From contig CAVRXL010000010.1 in assembly GCA_963725145.1 (NCBI GenBank), positions 410,693 to 474,692 of the forward strand: a DNA stretch of 64,000 bases, in the 5' to 3' direction. Every line of letters begins with the position of its first letter. The stretch's first letter is position 1. The position numbers and the translations under genes were made by a program. Shown here one piece after another: positions 20,801 through 30,305 of the stretch. The notes beneath the pieces were generated by a model. It did no database searches, was not told the DNA's origin, and saw only the letters and a list, made by a program, of their open reading frames with translations. This DNA is from an uncultured Acidobacteriota bacterium (GTDB lineage: Bacteria > Acidobacteriota > Vicinamibacteria > Vicinamibacterales > 2-12-FULL-66-21).

Positions 20801-20980
20801 CCGGAACGCGCCGCGCTGATCGGAGGGAAACTGGCGGTGTGGAGCGAAGCGGGCGCAGGGACGGAGGTGGAGCTGCGCCTTCCTGCGGGCATCGTTTACG
20901 CGACATCCCCGAGACGCACCTGGTGGTCACGGCTCCTGGCACCTAAGACGCCGGCTAACGTCCGAGGAGACGCGTCCTGA
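17891..20980 (+). CDS. Sensor histidine kinase: periplasmic two-component-regulator propeller repeats, Y_Y_Y domain, TM segment, HisKA_3 and HATPase_c
   Basis: The ORF-track start at 17492 overlaps the preceding OMP gene, so the in-frame ATG at 17891 is preferred (MDPRRPRLLRITRACATAAASLSSLLICVLVSAGPAYG). Repeated ..DG.LW.G.. blades are present. The Y_Y_Y-like block is KFRYKLDGFDAGWHEAGLRRQAFYTDVPPGKYTFRVMAANSDGVWN. The TM segment is WFRAVSAVAFVALLWAA and the H-box is ARELHDTLLQSFHG. The ATPase blocks read EALRNAFRHAHA..DDGRGID..GLRGMPERAALIGGKL. Confidence 0.9.
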   Translation: MDPRRPRLLRITRACATAAASLSSLLICVLVSAGPAYGLDPDKRVTQYIHTSWRIQDGSLPAGMFSITQTSDGFLWLLSLPGEVYRFDGVRFVRWPVPPGPSGKVFADSAGGLWVTATELVHLKNGVVASHFELAGTHGFQSISEDPEGTVWVGLRGEDAPLCSASDHGVKCFGKSDGLPLSEINAVLPDGSGGLWLGGSTALVRWNRGGVSETYPVKAPISSLARTPDGTLWVGLSEEGPGLGLQELGDGVLKTFVTPHFDGSKVSVTSLMVDRDGNLWAGTDASGVVRIHGDAVERYRQTDGLSGDSVWALFEDREGIVWAGTTSGIDSFRDPRVVTFSAVQGLGKDLAAGILASRDGTLWVANHGSLDRIRNGTVTSIDSSNGLPGNQVAAMLEDRAGNMWVGVDDGLYLFKDGRFRRLPEPDHQPLGMVVGLTEDVDGNIWAACGRPRKLVRIRDFQVRDVFTAAQVPPGSHHLAPDPHGGIWIATSTGDVVLMRNGTVETTIPLDPRSSPLNRHIVAGADGSVLVGSENGLLGWRAGKVRRMTTKNGLPCDFVIAFIQDTEQQWWLYTRCGVVGFPDAELQKWWANPDAMIRNRVYDAFDGAQPNIGSFNAAASTSDGRVWFSSGVVVQMLDPSRISQPARPAAASVESVIVDREEFAAVDNLEFGPHPRDLQIDYTSPTFSIPQKVKFRYKLDGFDAGWHEAGLRRQAFYTDVPPGKYTFRVMAANSDGVWNERAATLKFSIAPAYYQTTWFRAVSAVAFVALLWAAHRYRMRHVQQSFALTLEARVGERTRIARELHDTLLQSFHGVLLRFQTASYLLSERPAEAKEKLDDAIEHAANAITEGRDAVQGLRTSTIERNDLAKAIRTLGDELAANASDHPPSGFHVVVEGEPRDLHPIVRDEIYKIAAEALRNAFRHAHAGRVEVDIRYDDEQFRLRVRDDGRGIDPAVLANQGVEGHYGLRGMPERAALIGGKLAVWSEAGAGTEVELRLPAGIVYATSPRRTWWSRLLAPKTPANVRGDAS

Positions 20981-20987
20981 CCGCAGC

Positions 20988-21090
20988 GTGGACGAGGGGA
21001 GCCGCGTCGTGCGCGAGCAGGTGAAGCTGCCGCCCGGCTACGCGGCGCTCTGGAGCGGCCAGTACGAAGCGATGGCCCGCGTGCGCGCGA
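20988..21090 (+). pseudogene. Internal fragment of a cusA-like gene (about 100 bp), a non-functional relic
   Basis: The plus-strand translation is VDEGSRVVREQVKLPPGYAALWSGQYEAMARVRA. The intact CusA reads VDEASRVVREQVKLPPGYAVLWSGQYEAMARVRA, encoded at about 8963-9066 on the minus strand. The nucleotide sequences are near-identical by eye. Similarity ends abruptly on both sides, and the fragment starts 8 bp after the kinase stop. Confidence 0.8.
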
Positions 21091-21584
21091 AGCAAGCGGG
21101 GCTGGCGCAGTACCGAAAGGCCTCTGAGCTCTTCGGCTACGAGCGTGGCCCCGGCGGGTAGTTCTTGAACATCTTCTCCGTCGCCTTCGCGCGCCGTTAG
21201 TTCGGCGGTCCCGCGGCCTGCCGGGTTATCCCAGGGACGCTCGAGGATCGTGGCGCCTTCCACGAGCCGGCCGTTACCGTCCGATTCGCAGACTTGCCGC
21301 CGGCCTCCGTTGGTGCCTTTGGCAAGACCGAAGCCAGCTTCGCTCCGTTGCGCGAGTCCCTCCAACACGGCTGGCATTCCGTTCGACCGGATGTGCGTTG
21401 ATGCGTGTGATCGCGCATGGCGTGCGCCAACGCGCAGTACGGAGGCCCGTCGTTTCGTCGGACTACCGAAGAAAAGCAGGTTCGGGGACAGCAGATGTCC
21501 ATGTGACGCACGGGCTCGGTGCTGCTCGCGCAGCGTGGCGTGGATGTTGCCGTGGCCCGGTGCAGCGCCAAAGGAGGCGTCGTC

Positions 21585-21794
21585 ATGTCACAAACGGGTG
21601 TTGGAAACGTCGTCGAGCAGCTCCTCACGGATGAGAACCTTCGCATCCGATTTGCGCTCGATCGGATCGAGACAGTCGCCGAGCTCTGTCTGCGAGGTTT
21701 CGATCTCAACCGGGAAGACATCGACCTGTTTTGCCGGACGGATGCTCGTCTGTGGTTCCTGGGTGACATCGCGAGAGGCGAACGGCCGCAGTGA
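21585..21794 (+). CDS. Small stand-alone protein (69 aa), hypothetical, with a weak Nif11/NHLP-like helical pattern
   Basis: The ATG at 21585 follows AAAGGAGG with 7-nt spacing. The product is MSQTGVGNVVEQLLTDENLRIRFALDRIETVAELCLRGFDLNREDIDLFCRTDARLWFLGDIARGERPQ. A GC hairpin lies directly after the stop. The family resemblance is pattern-level only. Confidence 0.55.
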   Translation: MSQTGVGNVVEQLLTDENLRIRFALDRIETVAELCLRGFDLNREDIDLFCRTDARLWFLGDIARGERPQ

Positions 21795-21795
21795 G

Positions 21796-21822
21796 GCCGC
21801 CCGGACGACGGGCGGCTACTTT
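21796..21822 (+). terminator. Putative intrinsic terminator after the small ORF
   Basis: The stem GCCGCCCG / CGGGCGGC (21796-21803 and 21809-21816) has a 5-nt loop and is followed by TACTTT. Confidence 0.45.
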
Positions 21823-22161
21823 GGTGGCCGACGCGAGATCACACGCGAACCCGTGCCCCTCACACTCGCCCCCCCTTTGCCCCAGCCTCCGGTTTTTCTC
21901 CACGACGACCGCCTCGTTTGAAAACGCACGTACCGTGTGCCACGACGCACCCGCCCGCGACGGACGATGAGTGCTCATGCACCCGAGCGCGAGAACGAAC
22001 CGGTCGATCTGGGCCGCGTTCCTCGAAAAGTGACTGCGGCACGCGACTGGGCGCTCGGCGCTGTGCGCAGGCATCACCTTTGCCCTTGCGTGCACCGACC
22101 GCAGCGCGGTGATGCGCCATCGGTCACAGACACGCACGGAGAAGGTCGCTTGGAGGACGAT

Positions 22162-23397
22162 ATGCCCGCTGTTCGCTGTTCCGTTGTCAGACCTGTGTGC
22201 GGTGCCGCATTGCTCGCGGCCGCCACGATGTTCCTGGTGCCCCCGGGCCAGGCGATGGCCCAGGAGACCAGGGGGGAAATCATCCGCCAGGAGCAGGCGG
22301 ACAAGCTGCGCACGGTCACGCCGCCAGAGCCGAACGGCGCGGAAAAAATCGTGTACCGGCTCGAAGACTGGGGATGGCTCACCGGCGAGCCCCATGGGGT
22401 ATATCCGCTGCTCGACTCCGTCTATCCCGGCGGCGGCTTCGCCGCCGGCCTCGGCGCGCGGAAGCCGTTCGGGGACGACGGCGCGATCAGTGTGATCGGC
22501 GCCTATTCGATCAAGAGCTTCTGGCGGGCGCAGACGGACGTGTCGCTGCCGACCTTCGCCTCGAACCGCGGCCGGGTGTCGCTGACGGCTCGCTACCTGG
22601 ACGCGCCCGATGTGAAGTACTACGGCATCGGCGCGGACTCGGACAAGGACGACAAGACGTTTTTCGGCTACACGCCGTGGGGAGGAGGCGGACGTCTCGA
22701 CTTCGACGTCAGCCGGTATTTCTCCGTCGGCGGCGGCGTCAACTACATCGACATCGGAACCGATTCAGGCGCCACCGGGCCGTCGATCGAGGAACAGTTC
22801 TCACCAGCCGACACCCCGGGGCTCGAGCTCGACCAGTTCAAGTACGTCAACAGCACCGCGCGGGCGGTCGTCGACTGGCGGCGACAGCTGGGCTACTCGG
22901 GCACGGGCGGGCTGTACCGGGTCCAGTTCGATGACTTCCGCGAGAACGACAACAACCAGTACTCGTACCGCTCGCTCGAGGCGGAGGTGGTACAGCTGAT
23001 TCCGCTGATGCGGGCCAACTGGGTCATCGCCTTGCGGGGTCTCACGACCATCACCGACATCGACGAGGCCGAAGCAATCCCGTACTTCATGCTCCCAGCC
23101 CTGGGCGGGGGCAAGACCCTGCGAGGGTTTCCGGACTTCCGGTTCCGCGATCGCCATCGCCTGGTCATGAACGCGGAGCTGCGATGGACCCCCGCGCGCT
23201 TCCTCGACATGGCGATCTTCTATGACGCCGGCAAGGTCGCGGCGCAGAAAGGGGATCTCGATTTCCGCGATCTGGAGGACTCGTACGGGATCGGCATGCG
23301 GATCATCGGTCTGAAAGGCTACGCGTTCAGGGTCGAAGTGGCGCACAGCCGGGAGCACGCCGCGCGTCTCCTCGTCAGCGCCGGAGGAGCATTCTGA
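22162..23397 (+). CDS. Omp85/D15 (bacterial surface antigen) family outer-membrane beta-barrel protein, short form (~411 aa)
   Basis: The ATG at 22162 lies inside ORF 21937..23397 and follows GGAGGA. The signal peptide is MPAVRCSVVRPVCGAALLAAATMFLVPPGQAMAQ. Barrel-type strands include ..FMLPALGGGKTLRGFPDFRFRDRHRLVMNAELRW..FYDAGKV..YGIGMRIIGLKGYAFRVEVAHS..LLVSAGGAF, ending in a terminal Phe. Confidence 0.8.
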   Translation: MPAVRCSVVRPVCGAALLAAATMFLVPPGQAMAQETRGEIIRQEQADKLRTVTPPEPNGAEKIVYRLEDWGWLTGEPHGVYPLLDSVYPGGGFAAGLGARKPFGDDGAISVIGAYSIKSFWRAQTDVSLPTFASNRGRVSLTARYLDAPDVKYYGIGADSDKDDKTFFGYTPWGGGGRLDFDVSRYFSVGGGVNYIDIGTDSGATGPSIEEQFSPADTPGLELDQFKYVNSTARAVVDWRRQLGYSGTGGLYRVQFDDFRENDNNQYSYRSLEAEVVQLIPLMRANWVIALRGLTTITDIDEAEAIPYFMLPALGGGKTLRGFPDFRFRDRHRLVMNAELRWTPARFLDMAIFYDAGKVAAQKGDLDFRDLEDSYGIGMRIIGLKGYAFRVEVAHSREHAARLLVSAGGAF

Positions 23398-25107
23398 TGA
23401 TGAGCAACGCAAGCAGGGGACGTCAGGGGCTGGTCGCGCTGGCGTGTGCCGTCGCCGTGACGGTGACGGCAGGAGCGGGCGCGAACGGCCAGAAGTTCTA
23501 TCCCGACGATCCGATCACGCGGATCGTCGACGCAGAGGGCGCGTCGGACGTGCAGGAGCGGGAAATCGATCTGGAGTATGACACCCTCGAGAACCTGTTC
23601 TACCTGGCCCGGCGACCAGACGCCGAACGTCCGCGCGCAGAACCTCAACACGATCGATGAAGTGCCGGACTCGACCTGGTTCACGAACCGGCTGGGGACT
23701 GTAGCCGTCACGGTCGACGAACTCGTCAAAGGGCCGGGGTCCGGCGCCGGCCCGGCGCCGGGCGGCTTCACGGTGATTTCGGCCAAGAACGATGGCGTGA
23801 TGCCGGGGTTCACCGTGCGCGATTCCGCCGGGCAGGTCTGGTTCATCAAATTCGATCCGCCAGGCTATCCGGCCATGGCGACTGGCACGGAGGTCCTCGT
23901 CGCCAGGCTCTTCTGGGGGCTGGGCTATCACGTGCCGGAGACGCACCTGGCGACGCTGCGGCCCGAGGAATTGACGATCGACGACCAGGCCCGCATCAAA
24001 TCGCCGAGCGGCAACCGGCGTCGCTTCAAGGAATCGGATATCCGGCTGCTGCTGCGCAGAGCGCACCGCGAGTCCGATGGATCGTACCGCGTCGTCGCCA
24101 GCAAGGCGCTCGAGGGGCGGCCCGTCGGTGGTTTCCGGTTCTACGGCACGCGGTCCGACGATCCCAACGATGTGGTCCCCCACGAGCATCGTCGCGAGCT
24201 GCGGGGCTACGGGACCTTCTCCGCCTGGCTGAACCACGTCGACTCGAAGTCCATCAACACGCTCGACACGGTCGTCGAGCAGAACGGGAAACACGTCGTC
24301 CGTCATCACCTGCTGGATTTCGGATCGACGATCGGGAGCGCGGGAGTCTATCCGCGCGAGGCGTACGAAGGCTTTGAGTACCTCGTGGAAGGCAAGAAGG
24401 CACTGGCCGGCATGCCGAGCCTTGGGCTCTACGTCAAGAACTGGCGGACGATCCCGCTGTATCGTGCAAAATCCGTCGGCGCCTTCCCCATCGACAACAC
24501 GAAGTGGGATCCCGAGCGGTGGAAACCCCGCTACGCCAATTCCGCGTTCCGATCGGCGCGCCTGGACGACAAGTTCTGGGCCGCGCGGCGGCTCCAGGCA
24601 TTCACCGACGAGATGCTGAACACGCTCATCGGCGTCGGCCGGTTCAACGATCCGAAATCCGAGGAGATGCTCTCGAAGTTCCTGATCGAGCGCCGCGACG
24701 CGATTCTCCGTCGTTATCTTCCGGCCGTGAACCCGGTCGTCGACGTGCGCCTGTCGCCGTCGGGTACCTTGACGTTCCGGAACGCCGCGGTGGATGCCGA
24801 CGTGGCGCACGCGCCCGCAGAATACGTCGTGGTCTGGCAGCGGTTCGACAGTGCGACCGGCACGACGACGAACCTCGGCGAGACCCGCGCGTCGGCGACG
24901 AACGTCAATGCGCCGAAGGATCTTCCTGCGGCAGCGAGCACGTATATCCGTGTCGAGATTTCCGCCAACGGCGGGCCGGAGAGCTGGACGGAACCCGCAC
25001 ATGCTTACTTCCGGCGCGAGGCGGCTGGCTGGACGCTGGTCGGCTTCGAGCGTGTGCCGGGCGGCAATCCGCCCGGAAGCAAGGACGCCAGGCGCCGGAC
25101 TAATTAG
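23397..25107 (+). CDS. Exported hypothetical protein with a protein-kinase-like motif set. The frame is broken once (~23605-23613).
   Basis: ORFs 23397..23660 and 23578..25107 form one gene. The ATG overlaps the Omp85 stop (TGATG). The signal peptide is MMSNASRGRQGLVALACAVAVTVTAGAGA. The pieces join as ..DTLENLFYL / GDQTPNVRAQNLNTIDEVPDSTWFTNR. Ordered kinase-like motifs are GQVWFIKF, TEVLVARLFW, AWLNHVDSKSINTLD (H-x-D-x-K-x-x-N) and HHLLDFGST (DFG). Confidence 0.8.
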
Positions 25108-25109
25108 TT

Positions 25110-25131
25110 CCGAGGGGCTTTCGCCCCTCGG
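25110..25131 (+). terminator. Putative terminator hairpin
   Basis: The stem CCGAGGGGC / GCCCCTCGG has loop TTTC and starts 3 nt after the TAG stop. No clear U-tract follows. A second palindrome (GGCGCGCC-TGT-GGCGCGCC) lies about 60 bp downstream. Confidence 0.45.
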
Positions 25132-25288
25132 ACTCCCCTACGCCGTCGCTCGCGGGGGCCCCGATGCCCCGCTCCGCTCCGGCGGGCGCGCCTGTGGCGC
25201 GCCTAACTGAGGTAAGTGCGATGAGCGCTCGGGAACCATGCCGCCGGCACCACGTCGTGATCGTCGCTGCGGATTCGAAGGAGACAAG

Positions 25289-25696
25289 ATGCCACGAAAG
25301 ATTGCGTACTGGGGAGCCACAGGTCTAGTGGGGATCGTGACGCTGTTCGCCGCCTTCAGCTATCTGACCACCACCCCCGAGGCGGTCGAGAACTTCCGGC
25401 ACGTGGGATATCCCCAGCAGTTGCGTGTCCTGCTCGGCATCGGGAAGCTGGCGGGAGCCATCGTGCTGCTCCTGCCACGGCTGCCGACCTTGAAGGAATG
25501 GGCCTACGCAGGCTTTACCTTCATGTGGATCGCGGCAGTCGTGGCGCACTATCTGGCGGGCGACGGGGCCTTGTCCTTGCTGCCCGTCGCGTTGCTCGGG
25601 TCGCTGGCGGTTTCGTACGTCACGCGCTCGGCGAATCGCGGCGGTTCCGCGAAGGCGACACGATCGCTGAAGGAGAGACGACCTGGGGAGCCATGA
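25289..25696 (+). CDS. DoxX-like family membrane protein
   Basis: The ATG at 25289 lies inside ORF 25238..25696 and follows AAGGAG. The product MPRKIAYWGATGLVGIVTLFAAFSYL..FRHVGYPQQLRVLLGIGKLAGAIVLLLPRLPTLKEWAYAGFTFMWIAAVVAHY has four hydrophobic segments and a DoxX_2-like pattern. Confidence 0.75.
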   Translation: MPRKIAYWGATGLVGIVTLFAAFSYLTTTPEAVENFRHVGYPQQLRVLLGIGKLAGAIVLLLPRLPTLKEWAYAGFTFMWIAAVVAHYLAGDGALSLLPVALLGSLAVSYVTRSANRGGSAKATRSLKERRPGEP

Positions 25697-25750
25697 CCGA
25701 GCGAAGCGAGGCAATGGCTCGCCGCACTGGACGAATTTTCGGGGTTCCGC

Positions 25751-27670
25751 CTACGAGGCCTGGTCGGGGTCGGCGGTCAGTAAACGCGCCGCGGCCGCCT
25801 CCATGCGGGCCGCGTCAACCGGCTTCGACATGTAGTCGTCATAGCCGGCGACGATCGCCCGATCGCTGTGCCCGGTGTACGCGCTGACGGCAATGGCAGG
25901 GATACGTCGCACCTTCGGATCCGGAAGGCTTCGGACAGCAGCGATGAGCGCATACCCGTCCTGGCCCGGCATGCCGAGATCGGCCAGCAGCAGATCGAAC
26001 GAGCCCGACAAGAGGAGCCGTATCGCGTCGCCCGCCGACGTGGCGGTCACGACCGTCGCACCGGAGCGCTCCATCATGTGCTTCAACAGGTCGACCGCAT
26101 CCGGCTCGTCGTCCACGATGAGCAGGCGAGCCCGCTCGACGGCCCGCAGCGGGGAGCGGCGCGCCGACTCGTGTGTGTCCTGGCCGACGGCCACGATGCC
26201 TGTGGAACCCAGCGGAAGCGTCACGGTGAAGGTCGCGCCAAGGCCGTCACCAGGGCTTTCGGCCGATACGGTTCCGCCGTGGGCCTCGACGAGATATTTG
26301 ACGATCGTCAGCCCGAGTCCAAGGCCTCCATGCCGGCGCGTGGTGCTCGTGTCCGCCTGGCGGAACCGTTCGAAGACATGCGACACGAACTCGCGGCCGA
26401 TGCCCTGCCCGGTATCGCTGACCACGATCTGCGCGTGCGCCCCGGCGCGTTGAAGCCGGAGCTCGATCCGGCCGCGCTCCGGCGTGAACTTGATCGCGTT
26501 CGTCAGCAGGTTCCAGACCACCTGGTGCAGGCGGCCCGCATCGCCGGTGACGAAGCGCGCCGACCGATCGAGCTCGACCGCCAGCACGATCCCCTTGGCG
26601 TCCGCCGCCGGGCGCACGCTGTCGGCCGCGCCGGCGAGGACCGTCGCCAGGTTCACGCGATCGGGGTTCAACCGCAGCTTGCCCGTGATGATGCGCGAGA
26701 CGTCGAGGAGATCGTCGATCAGGTGGACCTGGAGCGTCGCGTTGCGCTGGATGACGTCGAGCGCCCGCCGGATGGTCGCTTCGTCGGTCTGAGGGTCGCG
26801 GACGATGTGGGACCAGCCGAGGATCGCGTTGAGCGGCGTGCGCAGCTCGTGAGACAGCACGGCGAGAAATTCGTCCTTCAGACGGTTCGCCGCCTCGGCC
26901 TCGGTGCGCGCTTCTCGTTCGGCGGCGAGCAGCCGCTCGCGGTCCCCTTCGGCGCGCTGTCGATCGACGAGCGCATCGCGCAGCGACTGCTCGAGCTTCT
27001 CGCGTTGCGCGATCTCCGCCTCGAGCGCGCGCGCGCGCTGCTGAAGGCGGCTGATCTCCCGCGCCTTGCCATCGTCACCAGCGGCCTGCGTGTAGCTCTC
27101 CGCGGGAATCACGTGCGTGTGCGTCCGGCACATGTCTCGGAACTTTTCCGCGTGCGCTTCCTTGTAGAAGCTTCCCATCGCGTACGCGCAGAGCAGCGAG
27201 AACGAATGCGTGCGGCCCAGGTCGTTCCAGAGCTCCTCCAGCCGGATGGCGCCGTCGACATTCTGCTCGCGCCAGAGAAGGTCCACCATCTCGCCATACG
27301 CCCGCGCGGTGGTCTTCCGCCCGCCGAGGCTGCGCTCGATGACCCCGCCCACGAGCCTCCGGAATCTGCGCGGGTCGGGTTGATTGCCGTCCATGAAGGC
27401 CGACAACGTTTCTCTCGCGTCGAGGAACAGCAGCTGACCCGCGTCGAGCAGCCCGTCGAAATCGAGTCCCTTCGCCTCGAGACGCGCCTGAAAGGCTTCC
27501 CGATGCGGGGCCGTGGCGATGGCGATTGCGGGCTGACCAGCCTTGAGCCCGTCCGCCAGGAACGTGGCCACAGCGTTCGAAAGGTAGTCGTCGCTTTCGT
27601 AGAACTGGACGATGTGGTCGTGCCGCGCGCCGGGAAAGTTGAGGAGAGAGCCGCTCGTCACTGATTCCAT
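25751..27670 (-). CDS. Hybrid sensor histidine kinase / response regulator with an N-terminal MEDS domain
   Basis: Within ORF 25751..27685; the ATG at 27670 is preferred. The MEDS block is ..HDHIVQFYESDDYLSNAVATFLADGL... A coiled coil is followed by the HisKA H-box FLAVLSHELRTPLNAILGW. HATPase blocks read NLLTNAIKFT..DTGQGI..GGLGLGLTIV. The receiver domain reads LLIVDDEPD..LLLADLGMPGQDGY..SKP. Confidence 0.9.
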   Translation of the reverse strand: MESVTSGSLLNFPGARHDHIVQFYESDDYLSNAVATFLADGLKAGQPAIAIATAPHREAFQARLEAKGLDFDGLLDAGQLLFLDARETLSAFMDGNQPDPRRFRRLVGGVIERSLGGRKTTARAYGEMVDLLWREQNVDGAIRLEELWNDLGRTHSFSLLCAYAMGSFYKEAHAEKFRDMCRTHTHVIPAESYTQAAGDDGKAREISRLQQRARALEAEIAQREKLEQSLRDALVDRQRAEGDRERLLAAEREARTEAEAANRLKDEFLAVLSHELRTPLNAILGWSHIVRDPQTDEATIRRALDVIQRNATLQVHLIDDLLDVSRIITGKLRLNPDRVNLATVLAGAADSVRPAADAKGIVLAVELDRSARFVTGDAGRLHQVVWNLLTNAIKFTPERGRIELRLQRAGAHAQIVVSDTGQGIGREFVSHVFERFRQADTSTTRRHGGLGLGLTIVKYLVEAHGGTVSAESPGDGLGATFTVTLPLGSTGIVAVGQDTHESARRSPLRAVERARLLIVDDEPDAVDLLKHMMERSGATVVTATSAGDAIRLLLSGSFDLLLADLGMPGQDGYALIAAVRSLPDPKVRRIPAIAVSAYTGHSDRAIVAGYDDYMSKPVDAARMEAAAARLLTADPDQAS

Positions 27671-27825
27671 GATGTCGTCCCGCACTACAGCCCTGTCCCC
27701 GATCGCGTCACGAGCGCGCGCCGGGACCCATTACCGAATCACTGCGTTTCGGCCGCTTTCAGCGGTCCAGGTCGAGAGCCTGGGGAGACGGGGGCCCACT
27801 ATAGCAAGAAGCGGGCCTCCGGGCG

Positions 27826-30252
<2,427 letters not shown>

Positions 30253-30305
30253 GGAGGGTTGGACGGGTCCGCGGGGAGAAGGGTTCTGGTGTTAAATTGT
30301 CGGCG

